A stretch of DNA of 64,000 bases from Mobula hypostoma (lineage: Eukaryota): NCBI RefSeq assembly GCF_963921235.1, contig NC_086097.1, positions 37,450,001-37,514,000 of the forward strand. The letters are read 5' to 3'. A model generated the notes under the pieces. That model made no database searches. It was not told the DNA's origin and saw only the letters and a list, made by a program, of their open reading frames with translations. Below are positions 1 through 12,800 of the stretch, piece after piece (position 1 is the stretch's first letter; each line of letters starts with the position of its first letter). Made by a program: the position numbers and the translations under genes.

Positions 1-144
1 TATGTGGTTCTGTCAGTGTTAGTCTTTGGTCTGTCCTGTTTTCTGTGATATCACTCCGGAGAAACGTTGTATCATTTCTTAATGCATTTCTAAATGACAA
101 TAAAAGAGGACAGAGTGTTCTCATAATCTAATCTAATCTAATCC

Positions 145-680
145 ATGTGCCTATCTAAGAGTTTCTTAAATGCCCCTAGTGTTTCTGCTTCTACTGCCAC
201 CACTGTCAGGGTGTTCCATGCCACCACACTCACCACACTCCGTGTAAAAAATCTACCTCTGACATCTCCCCTATAATTTCTCCAATCATCTTAAAATCAT
301 GTTCCCCTTGTATTAGCTATTTCCATACCGAGAAAACGAGTCTCTGGCTATCCAATCTATCTCTGCCTCTTATCATCTTGTACATCTCTATCAAGTCACC
401 TCTCAATCTCCTTCACTCCAGAGAGAAAAGCCCTAGCTCACTCAACCTATGCTTTAGGACATGTTCTCTAATCCAGGCAGCACCCTGGTAAATTTCCTTT
501 GCACCCTCTCTAAAGCTTCCAACTCTTTCTTAAAATGAGGTGACTAGAACTGAATACAATATCCCAAGTGTGGTCTGAACAGGGCTTTATACAGCTGGAA
601 TATTACATTACAGCTCATTCCCCTGACTAATGAAGGTCAACACACCACACACCTTCCTAACAACCCTATCAGCTTGCAAC
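145..680 (-). mobile_element. CR1 LINE 3' fragment (degenerate)
   Basis: Minus strand reads as the CR1 RT C-terminus ([33 protein letters not shown]) plus 3' UTR, like the better CR1 copies in this window. Confidence 0.8.
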
Positions 681-1004
681 AAGTGACTTTCTGATACAGA
701 ACTACTGTAAAAAATGTTAAGGTCTCTTTCCCATGTAAATTGTGAGAGGGCATCAGACAACAAATTGTACTTCTATCCTTTTGCAGGTATTCTCAAGTTG
801 GTTCATTTGGAAACTGGTTCCAAAATATTATGAGTTTATCCTTTAACTAGAATACCAGTGAATAACCTAGTGCACCATTCTTACTGTGAGACATGGAAGC
901 TTAACTAATCGTTGAACTTCAGAAGATCAACGTCTTGTCTTGAAGATAAAGCCAGTATACTCTGTCAGTCATTGCCAACAAAAGGTAATTAACCCCTCAT
1001 GCGA

Positions 1005-2275
1005 AGTTCAAAGTAAATTTTTTATCAAAGTACATATATGTCACTATATACAACTCTAAGATTCATTTCTTGTGGACATACTCAATAAATCCATAATAGA
1101 ATAAACGAAAGATTGCACCAATTTGGGCATCCAGCTAATGCACATAAGGCAACAGACTGTGCAAATATATTTAAAAAAGAACTAATAATAATAAATAAAT
1201 AAGCAATAAATATCGAGAACGTGAGTTGAAGAGTCCTTGAAAGTGAGTCCATAGACTGCGGGAATATTTCAAAGATGGGGCAAGTGAAGTTGAGTGAAGT
1301 TACGCCCTCTAGTTCAAGAGCCTGACAGTTGAGGGGTAATAACTGTTCCTGAACCTGGTGTTGTGAATTCTGAGGCTCCTGGACCTTCTTCCTGAAGGCA
1401 GAATGAGAAGAGAGCATGTATTGCGTGATGGGGTTTCCTGATAATGGATGCTGCTTTCCTGCAACAACGTTTCATGTAGATGTGCTCAGTGGTAGGAAGG
1501 CTTGGACTGGGCCATATCCAGTACTTTTTGTAGGATTTTCTGTTCAAGGACATTGGTATTTCCATACCAAGCGGTGATGTAGCCAGTCACTGTACTCTTC
1601 ATTACACATCTATAGAAGTTTGTCAATGTATTAGATGTCATGCCGAATCTTCAGAAATTCCTAAGGAAGTGCCCTGATCCTCCAATGAGCACAGGCTCAT
1701 GGACCTCTGGTTTCCTCCTCCTGAAGTCAATAATCAGCTCCTTGGCCTTGTTGACATTGAGTAAAAGGTTGTTGTCATGGTACAGCCAGATTTTCAATCT
1801 CCCTCCTATATGCTGATTCATCACCTCCTCTGATTTGACCTACAACAGTGGTGACATCAGCAAACTTGAATATGGTATTGGAGCTGTGTTTAGACACTAA
1901 GTCATAAGTATAAATGGGTAGAGCAGGGGCTAAGCACACAGCTTATGGTGCACCTGTTCTGATGGAGATTCTGCAGGAGATGTCATTGCCAATTCGAACT
2001 GACTGGGGTCTACAAGTGAGGCAATCTAGGATCCAATTGCATAAGGATGTATTGAAGCCAAGGTCATGAATCTTATTGATTAGTTTTGAGGGGATGATGG
2101 TATCAAATGCTGAACTGTAGTCAATAAAGAGCATCCTGATATATGCACCTTTGCTGGCCAGATGTTCCAGGGTTGAGTGAAGAGCCAATGAAATGGCATC
2201 TGCTGTGGACCTGTTGTGCCAGTAGGGAAATTGGAACAGATCCAAGTCACTTCTCAGGCAGGAGTTGACATGTTG
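1005..2275 (-). mobile_element. Rex1/Babar-type LINE 3' portion (degenerate RT + 3' UTR)
   Basis: ORF 1943-2245 contains [50 protein letters not shown], the Rex1/Babar RT signature. The tail matches the copy at 57177. Confidence 0.85.
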
Positions 2276-3424
2276 ATAGAACAGAATGAGTGGCTTGTTT
2301 AGCTAGCCAATGACTGCCAACAATGTAACACGTGAAATTGTTTGCAAAATGCTGACGTAAAAAGGCACAATGCACCTACCACTCCCTGTGTAAAAAAAAA
2401 TTGCTTGCACATCTCCTTTAAACTTTTCCCCTCTCACCTTAAATCTATGCCCTCAAGTATTTGACTTTTCTACTCTAGGAAAATGACTTTGGCGATCTGC
2501 CATGTCTATGCCCCTCATTGTTCTGTATACCTCTATTAGGTTACACTACGGTCTCTGATGCTCCAGAGAAAACAATCTAAGTTTGTACAAGTGCTTATAA
2601 CTAATACTCTATAAGTAACATCCTGTCAACAAACACTGCACCCTTATGTCTTATGGTCTTATGGTCTCTAAAGCTACAGCATCCTTTCTATGGTATGATG
2701 ATAAGAAATCTACACACCATACCCCAGATGTGGTGTAACCAAAGCTTCGTGCAGTTGCAACAAGACTTCCCAACTTTTGTATTCAATGCCTTGACTGATT
2801 CTGAACTTTACTTTTAAAACCAGTACCAAAATATCCTGCATGGACATTTCTGCTACAAAAGAGACTAATTAAGATTGGAAATTTATTGTATGGCTCATTT
2901 AAGCTCAAAGTAGATTGAATTCTCATAAATCAGGAAAACATTTAATGCATTATAGTAAATTGACATATTTTCCAGATGGCTACAGCATGGTGTTTACTTT
3001 TGAAGAAATAACTGGAAAGGTTGGATGCAAAAATGTCTATGAACCTTGAAGAAGCCCCAAATGATTGCTGAAGAGTTGTGATCTAGGACTATCGATATCC
3101 AAACAAGCGGAACAAATCCTATCTAGCGAATTGTCACCTCATTAGTCTACCCGTTGTCATCAGCAAAATGAGAAAGAATGCCGCCAATTGTACCATCAAA
3201 TGGCATTTACTCACTATAAGACCATAAGACCTTAAAATATAGGAGAAAAAGTAGACTATTCGGCCCATCAAGTCTGCTCCGCCATTCAATCAAGGCTTTA
3301 CCATTAAGCAAGTGGTCCGTGGACCCCAGTTTGGGAATCCCTACCCTATAGTGTCATCTAATCACTTTCAGAGATCTATGCAGTTCAAGAAATCCATTAA
3401 ATTTCCTGTGTGTCAGCCCATATC

Positions 3425-4435
3425 AACCTTTCTCAAATTTTTGCCCTGGAGGAACCCTTGAAATAATTTTCAGGTCTCAGGAAATCCTTGTGTACCCACA
3501 GCTAACAGTACATTAGTGTGATCAGTAAGTAGTAGTATAATATTCCAAAAATAATTGTCAAGATTACTGGGAAGAGAATGAATTTTTAGCCAAACTTTTT
3601 GCAGCCATTCTTCATCTTCAAAACATTCAGCAAAATTTGGCCTTCCATTTTTTTGAAAGTACTCCTGCAATTCACCTTTCAGCTCAAGCACCCTGTTGAG
3701 AAATCTTCCTCTGCTTAGTCCCTGGATTTCTGTATGTAGCAGGAGACTGGTGTGCCCCTTGTCCAGATTTTCACACAGTTTTTAAAACATTCTCGAGCGA
3801 ACTGGTCTTTGTTTAATAAAGTTAACCAATTTTGTAGCATCATCCAGAACTTGTTTTCATTTCATCTCCAACAGTTTTTGACATCAGCACCTCTCTGTGA
3901 AGAAGGCACTATGTTGTGACATCAGTATTTTCACAGAGAAACAAAGCCTGTCATGGAGCCGACCATTGATGGGACACCATCGGTACAGATGCCAACACAG
4001 TTCCTCCAAGACAAGCCTTTTGTTTCCAGTATGAAGAGAAAGCTTTAAATATATCTTGACCTTTGTCTCGGGCAGCTCTTTGCATCAGAAAAAGTATTCT
4101 TGAATTTTACCATCATTTACAAATCTTACAAATGCTCCAATGCTCGGAAAACACACTTCACGCTCCTCATCAGCCTACCGTCCTCCCCTCCGTGCAATAC
4201 AGCACTCACCAATTATCATGGCCTTCTCTATCTCACGTTAAAAACTGAGAATGGACTCAACCAAATAAACACGATCCTACGGCGTACGGCCATATTGGGC
4301 TGAGGGACCACAAACGAGATATCTAGCAGGGATGCCCACCACCGTGAGCGCTAGCATCATGCATTGCGTGAAGTTAAAAAAAAGATGTTGTTTTAAAATC
4401 ACTATCGCTCGTGTAAACACGTTTGAGAAACCCTG
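3425..4435 (-). mobile_element. hAT (Buster/Charlie-like) DNA transposon remnant
   Basis: Broken transposase motifs on minus: NCVGICTDGVPSMVG, VNFIKQRPVRSRMFKKLCENLD, LSRGRFLNRVLELKGELQEYF...FEDEEWLQK. TIR-like end tttgagaaaccctg at ~4422-4435. Confidence 0.75.
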
Positions 4436-5198
4436 GCCCGTACTCTTTCTCCTCCTTTTCAGACCCACGGAAAGGTGTTTCATGTCCTTACTATTCAGCT
4501 CACTGGTCGAGTTAAATAGTTTACCTTCCAAATTCTCCCACCTCCAGTACAAGCCTACTTTCAACATTCATATCAACAACAAAGAGGTAGTTTATAGCAT
4601 AAGCAAGAGTAAAAGTGGGAATTTCAGAGTTTAGAGCTTTGAAGTTGGAAATAGCTCAGCAAATGAACCCAGATATTCCAAAGCATTTTTTGTGGTGAAG
4701 CAGATTACAAAAATGGGAAGTGGTGAGGAAATAGATGGATATAAAACCAGTGGAAGAAGAAAAAATATTTGACCAGAAGCCAATATGGGTCATCAGATAT
4801 GCAGGATTTTCTTCATTCTCACCTGCACTTCCCATGTCACCTTTCCATGCGACCATAAGAATTTGGGTTGGAGTCAGATTTAACATCACTAACATTATGA
4901 TGTGAAATTTGTTGTTCTGCAGCAGCAATATAGTGTAAGACATAAAATCTACTATTAGTTACAAAAATATCTAAATAGTGCAAAAGAGGAATAATGACAT
5001 AATGTTCATGCGTTCAAGGACTGTTCAGATAGCTGATGATAGGGGAGAAGATGCTGTTTCTAAATTACTCAATATGTATCTTTACAATCCTGTAGGTCCT
5101 CCCTGACAGTGGAAATGAGAAGAGGGCATGTCCTAGGTGGTGAGGGTCTTTAATGATGGATGCATCCGCTTTCCTTTCATACATCTCATCATCAAGAG

Positions 5199-5280
5199 CA
5201 GGGACTCCCAACTTCTTTTATACCATGGACCAATGCCATTAAGTAAAGGAATTGCGGACCCCAGGATGGGAATCCCTCTG
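5199..5280. mobile_element. ~80-bp hAT-type MITE; a half copy lies at ~3300-3342
   Basis: Ends cagggactcccaa ... tgggaatccctctg are imperfect inverted repeats. The internal ccattaag..ggacccca..tgggaatccct recurs at 3301-3342. Confidence 0.55.
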
Positions 5281-5580
5281 CAATGAAATAGATACTTACC
5301 TTTACTTCTGAAAGAATAACTGAAAATTCTAGACATATCCAGCAGATTGGGCAGCATAAGGTTGATGTTTCAAGTCAAAGATCTCTTGTCAGTTCTGTAA
5401 AGTTGAGTTTAGGCAAAACTTCCCATTACCTAATTTACATTAAGATCCAGTCATCCTCTAACACATATACTACTGATAACTGACCTACACTGGCTTTTCA
5501 CCCATTAACTCTTTTACTTTAAAAACTCTCATTCTTGTTTTCAGCATCAAAGTTTTATTGTGTCATAAAATAGCAAAATT

Positions 5581-6845
5581 GAATTGAATTGAATGATTTT
5601 TATTGTCATTATACGTAGCTACAATGAAACTCTGTTTGGCTTCCTCTCAGGCAATTAAATAAAGCAGTAGATAAAAACAAGATAGTAATAGAAAAACAGT
5701 ATTAAATAGATAAGTAGCAGAAAATAAGTTGCAGCAGCACCAGAATATCACAGTAATGCACAAAGTGCCATTAGTACAAGTATTTGAGTCCTTGTGTTGC
5801 ATGTGTGTGCTCACAGTTTCAGTCGTTGTTCTGTGGGATGGTGTGATGGAGGCCACAGCTCTGGGACAGAAGCTGTTCCTCAGTCTGTTTGTTCTGGCTT
5901 TTAGTGTCCTGAACCTTTTGCTGGACAGCAGTGGGTCAAACAGGGAGTGGCCGGCGTGTGTCGTTGTCTCTGGTTATGCGGATTGCTTTTCTCCTGAGTT
6001 TGCTGGAATAGATGGTGTCCAGTCCTGGGAGCTGCATCCTGATAATTCACTGGGCCGCCTTCACCACGCGATGCAGGTCTTGTCGCTCAGCGGCTGTGCA
6101 GCTGGCATACCACACTGTGGCGCTGTTGCTCAGGATGGTTTCAATTGTGCTTCTGGAGAAGTTAAGCAACAGCTTCTGTGGGAGTTTGGACTGTTTCAGC
6201 TTTCTGAGGAAGAAGAGTCTTTGTTGTGCCTTTTATACAAGCAGCGAGGTGTTGATGGTCCATGTCAGCTGTTTTGACAACCTAACTCCAAGGAACCTTA
6301 GGTTTTCCACACTTTCCACTACCTCTCCATGTATATGGGGTGGGGGTGTATTCTGTCCTTTGATCTCCTGAAGTCAATGATCATCTCTTTTGTTTTACAC
6401 CACTCCGTCAGATGATCCACCTCAAGCCTGTAGGCTGTTTCATCCTTGTCCAAGTTCAGGCCAACCACTGTGGTATCATCTGCAAATTTAATTATGGAGT
6501 TGGAGGTGTAGATGGGGGTGCAGTCATGTGTGAGTAGTGTGTAGAGCATGGGGCTCAGCACACAGCCCTGCGGGGTGCCTATTTTTAAGATGAGGGTGGT
6601 GGAGGTGTGCTGACCAATTCTGACTTGCTGTGGTCAGTCTGTGAGAGAGTCCATGACCCATGAGCGCAGGGAGGAACCAAGGCCAAGACTGTTCAGTTTG
6701 CTGTCCAGTTTATGGGAGATGACTGTGTTAAATGCAAAACTGAAGTCCACAAATAACGTCCTCACATAAGTGTTCGGTTCCTCTAAGTGAGTCAGAGCAA
6801 TATGGAGGGCTGTTGTGATTGCATCCTTTGTGGAGTGATAGGCAA
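5581..6845 (-). mobile_element. Rex1/Babar-type LINE 3' portion (second subfamily)
   Basis: ORF 6319-6561 LSPMLYTLLTHDC...IKFADDTTVVGL...KTKEMIIDFRR; (ttcaa)n tail at 5578-5593. Confidence 0.8.
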
Positions 6846-9800
6846 AATTTCTGCTCTCCTCCTTTTATTCCCACTTGCCTATCTAAATTTTCATTTCTAC
6901 ATTGGCAAGTTTTAACTCCTAACTTCTACAACCCTTCTAAAACTTTCCACCTATTTTAGTTTGAATTTCCTTACTAAAATCTACACCTTCGATCAAATGT
7001 CTGATTACATGTGAAAATATGCGATTATATGGCTTAGCAAACGTGACACTCCCGCTAAGTGTCCAAAAATATTTCTCCACGTTTAAAATGGAAATAATGT
7101 GCAAATTGTATAGACGAACGTATTGCTTGGCCATAAAAAATCCTCAGTAAAGGGCTTCTTATTGTTTTGCTCGCATTATAAAGATGAAAGCGCTTTATTT
7201 TGAAGGGAATATCACATAGATAAAAACTTCTGGTCCTGCATCTTCTCTGCATTAGACGGAAATCCTGCGTAAGGCTGCAGAACTGAATTGTGTTAGATAG
7301 GAAGTTAGTTGGGAGGTCTCTGCTGTTGAAAGGAGTTTGTAAAATTCCGATGGAAGCAACCGTTTGAAATGGCCGCCTCTCCTTCACTCTTTTAATCATT
7401 GCAACGTCTAATGAATTAAAATGTATATATTTATATTTATATCTCGAGATACATTGCAGAGACTGGAAAGATCGTTCGTTTTAAAATAAAACTCCAAGCT
7501 TCCACAATTCCGTGGGTTCATCAGTGCTACAATACTTCCTGGAACACAGCAGAATGGCCCATTATTGTAATGGCAGAGACCTTACTCGCACTACACTGGC
7601 ACTTACTTTAAAACTGCTGTGTTTTTTAAAAAAAAAACTTATTATGAAAGCCTTATAAAAATGTCGCTCCTTTCACAATAAAAATGCATTTAACTAAAAT
7701 TATAGTTCAATTTTCTTCACAAAGATGTGTTTTGGTGCCTACATTTGAAGCAGCAAATCGCCTGTGACCGAATCACAGGAGTTATGCCATCATTCGTGAT
7801 TAATTTTCTAGAGGTAGACATGCTCTAAAGTATTCAGACACCACTGTGAGTACAAACAAGTTAAAATGCTTTGCCTTGAGTAGAGTACAGCTACATGCCA
7901 ATTCAACCATGTTTTCAAAAGAACGATTTTATACAGACATCTCTGCGGTAAATCTAGTAAATAGAGCTACATTGTTGTGATCTGTTAATTGCAATCCTAG
8001 CCGAAAAACTAGATGTTCGATGTCAATTAGAGGCAGGGTATTGTGAGTGCCAATGTACTCATTTCGTCTGTAGGCTTCCATTGGAGCCGAACAAAGGCTA
8101 GAATAAACCGAATGAGAAAAAGACAATCAGTAATTTATTGCACGAAACGTACCACGCAGAGGGAATAAAAGCTAATATGACATTTTTTAATTTTAAAATT
8201 GTCCAGCAACAATGAAGCAGAGTGAAAAAGCTTCTTTATTAAAATGTGACAGATTATTTACAGAAGCCGCCAATTGCAAATTGCTTCCTGATTGCCACGT
8301 TGGATTCCCTGCAGAGGCGGAAGAGAAAGGAGGGCAAATACCAAGGACAGCGCCTGAGTGAACAATAAACAACTCCAACTGGGCCACTAATTGACAAGGC
8401 GGGGCTCGGGATTAGAACAGTACAGTGGCTGCCGGGTTTGGGTCGAGAGCATTGCTGCAGTAGTTGGTAGTGTAGAAGGACCGGTGGTTATACCTAACGC
8501 TTCGGGAGAAGACATGGTTCGATAGAAAGAAGAAACGTACTATGATAAGTACAAATGGCAAACATGAGCACCTTAAAGTATTTAACAAAACATTTTACAC
8601 AATCCTATCAAAATAATGAATCTAAACGACTTGTTCTAAAAATACGGTTTTAATTTTCTTTGAACATAAATATTTCTACGCATACCTTGGGTTAATTATG
8701 CTAATCACGCTACGTTATTTCTAATTAACGACTTACCCTGCTACTTTGTGATTACTCCAGCAAACATCCCCACTTCCAAAGCAAGTGGTCATGTAAAATC
8801 ACAGACTGATTTTAAAAAGTACCTAATGCTTATTCGTCACAAACTGATTGTTTATAATCGATCGGAACAATTGGCTGAGCAAATTGACAACCTCCGTAAA
8901 CAGGAATATGTTTATTTAAAATAGTTGATATTAAAGGTATGCAGGTAAATGGATAGGTTCTTCCCATTTAGTCCTAAAACAAGATTTGCGGATCATTTTA
9001 TTTTCAAGTATAGCATTACTGCTCACCGATGCGATATTATAATTTCGAAACGAAGCGAATGAATTCCTGTCAAGTCGCGTTTTGCATCCTCCTCTTTTCT
9101 GGACAGCAGGACATTCCTCAGAAAGTTTCGTCTTGGTACTGAGATCGGAACCTACACTCCATACACTCAAACTATAAATATCTCTTTTATTAATCCAAGA
9201 TGCAGTTCATTCTATCAAAATAAGAAACATTTTTTTCCTGTTATATGTCACAGTGCATGTGAGATTGAAAACCTGATTCACTCGGAATATGATTTGGCAT
9301 ACTTTGTTGTGCAATTGTTTGAAAATACGAATGTTACGTCCAGTCATATATCTGAAACTGGTACAATCTCAAGCTCATACAAATATTATATTCGCACATG
9401 TGTTTGAATCGCAGCTCCGATCAACTTCTGTAAAACAACTCTTCTTCACGGCTTGTCTTCTTGTAATTGAAAAACAAACAGAGGAAATGAGATTCCTAGG
9501 GAAAGTTATAGAACTCGCCACGTTCAACTACTTTGAAGTGGTTCATTTTACACTGTGATTCAACGCACCGAACGTGATTGATATTTTCTCCCTCTCGAAA
9601 AAGTGATCTGCAAACACTGCAGATCTAAAATGTGTCATTGATTCTGTTAATTCATCCAATGATTGATAAATATATAGTTTCATGGCCTACAGTGTATGTA
9701 TAAAATGTATGTATAATTTTGATTCCGCCTTTTTTGGCATTTCACAAAGGTGTTAAAGATCATGAAAAGAGTTTACAACACAACAAAAATAAATTCTAAT

Positions 9801-12800
9801 GTAAAGGAGATGCATTTATTTCAAAAATAATATTCAAGGTACAGATTGATATGAGACATAGTGCACCTGGAGAAAATTATGATTTTAGGCCCGTGTTCCC
9901 CATAGGTCTCCACCAGTAGCTTGTTCTTCTTGTCATTGTTAGATCTGCTGTACGTTAATTGAGAAAAACTGGAAGCTGTAATTAATCAACTATCCATTTT
10001 TATTGTATCTCATATCAACCAAAGTGGCGGGGAAAAATTAGACGGAGTTTTGGTCTTTCTCGACCATTTTATTCCCCTGTAATTCTTATTGTTTACCTTT
10101 TATCCGTGTCTTCTATTCTTTGGTAGAGATTTGACCAAAGACGAATTACTTGAGGGGTTACTGAGGCATGATTTAAGACATAGATTCGGATCGCTGATCT
10201 AAAGCAGGATTGTTTTAAGTTGGACAATTTGAAACTACCACTACTATTAGTGTCATCTACTGGGGAAGTTGGTGTACAGTAATGGGTGAAGTGAATGTAA
10301 GGCATTCTGTAATTCCAGTCAGATATGGCCTGTTAGCTATTAGCGAAACAGGCGAGATTTGTGCTTACAGTGTCTATAAACAGCTTTTTTTGTGCCTTTA
10401 ATAAATTCACAGATATTTATTATTTGAGTTTAAATTTCCCAACTGTCTTGGTTAATTCAAAATCATATTTCCAACAGGCTGCCTGCCCAGTTACTCAACC
10501 ATTTTTTATACCCATTGACTCCACGATTAACTTTACGGAACGCACTCTCACAAATAACAACTAAAATGATACTATAAAGTCCCCACGAATTAACCAATTT
10601 TTAACTGCTAATGATTGCTCCATCTTACTCTGTCTATACTGAAATAAATATTAAAAACTTAAACTTCAATATGTATGTATAATTTTGGAAACTGACCAAG
10701 GAGCAGGAAATGAAGGTCAAGCACAAAATTAATAATGGATACCCTGAACCTTCTGCACAATCTCTGCCCCGTTCTTACCACATACAGCCACACTAAATTA
10801 TGAAATAAAGTTACAACCGATGCTCATTTTTTAAACTGTTACATTGACTCTCAAATGTTATGTCGGAAACTACACTTAGAGAGGATAACATTTTATTCTA
10901 GTATGGTCAGGGCGTAATCATGCCAAATGTAGGCAGCTTTGCTGTATTAATATCTAATTATTATTTATACTTAGATAACACTTACTGAACTATCTCGTTA
11001 GGATGCAAGTGTTGAATGTTTTATTGGGACAACGTTGGCTTAAGAAATCTAGCATTTAAATTTTACACAACAATGTAGTTTTAAATTGTATATAGCTTAT
11101 AAATTTTCTCTATCTAATATCTGGCTGCTTAGAGGAGAGCTGTATGCGCCAAGATATGATGCAGATGACAGTTGTAGCCCTTGTTATCAAACCACTGTGG
11201 AACAAGGTCTTTCCATGTCGGTGCAGCTTTCGATGCGTTACTAAAACTCCGTTCTCCGATTTGATCCTATAAATTACAGAATTATGACATTGTAGGCAAA
11301 CAGTTCTAGTTTCAAAGCTAATAACAACTGAAGTTTATGCAAGCTAATATTGGTACAGTATATCGTTTGAAGTTGGGAGAAAAGATAATTAGAATGTTAC
11401 GTCATAAATGTGATACATCGCTCATACAGTATACAGCACGAGAACAGGGCAGACTGAACATTTCTAAAGTATTTTAACTATATGATATCAAGGCAACAAA
11501 ACATGTTTTTTGATATTTTGATACTATATTCCATTTAACATGATGCTTATTGTTAACAATAGTTATGTAAAGAAAATTGGCGAACTTCTATCAAAAAGTT
11601 GAGATCTTTACCAGCTGTAAACTGGCTGTGACATTCTGCGTTATATAATTCACTTGTAAATTCAAGTTGAAACCCGATGTTTTTAACATATACTGTTGAG
11701 CATAATATATTTGCCGAAATAGACAGACCTAGACAGATCATTACAGTGTGTAACTTGACCCTAGCGCAATTTGGATACATCGAAGATTTTTTATATCATT
11801 ATATTCTCTTCCTCAAACTGCAGTGTTCTGTAAAGGTTAGTATATGTATCAGCAAATTTAATAACTTCATTTACATTTAACATTGTTGTTACAGCAGTAA
11901 AAAAGTTATTGATTTTCGGTACCTCACGATTTACAAATGGTCTATTTTATTTATCAGCTGTCTTTAAAAAAAATCCCTTGCAGATTAAAGACGAATCACG
12001 CGAATTTAATATCAATCTACATTCATGGCTCTGAAATAGTCTTATTGAATGAATAAGTACGTTGAAAATGTCCATATTTCTTTGCATTCTATGTAGTACG
12101 ATTCATCCAAATATAACAAGCGTGGACTCTACTATTAATATAATTAGATTGGAAGGAAGCATTGGCAGCTCAACAGATATGAATATGGTATGTTGTCTAT
12201 ATAGGAATTTTCTACTTGTTGTGTGACACAGCGTTTCCTCTGTAGTGCTGCATTTCAATACCCAACTCCCATCAGCGTACTTTATGAGATTATACAGTAA
12301 GATAAACAGCGTTGTTCATATTCCGTTCAGGGTGCCTGAGGAAAAAACAAATAGAATTATGCGTATGTTGCCTATTGAATACAATCTCCGGACAGAATGC
12401 GAAAAAGTATGTATCCAAATAATACACGTTATGGGTTAAAACTTAATTCCAAAACGTTGTAATAATAACTAATCTAAAATGAATTTCATATTATAATAAA
12501 AAGAAGTTGCATAGGCTACATAAGTTGCATGACATAGAGCATATTCAAATTAATTCACCTATTTTCATATAATATTAATGTTTGGATGCAGTATATTCAC
12601 GTTAGTAATTAAAAAAACATGCAAATTGTCATCTTGCTCTACGGTAATTTTTAGTAAGGAACGGACAATATCTGCAACTAGCGACTCTAAGTGAAAACGG
12701 AATCAGAATCTGAATCAGGTTTAATATCACCGACATATGTCGTGAAATTTCTTAACTTTGCCGCAGCAGTACAATGCAATACATGATAAATATAGAAAAA

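Noticed and set aside
5729..6277. 182-aa plus-strand ORF
   Set aside because: Antisense shadow of a Rex1/Babar RT fragment.
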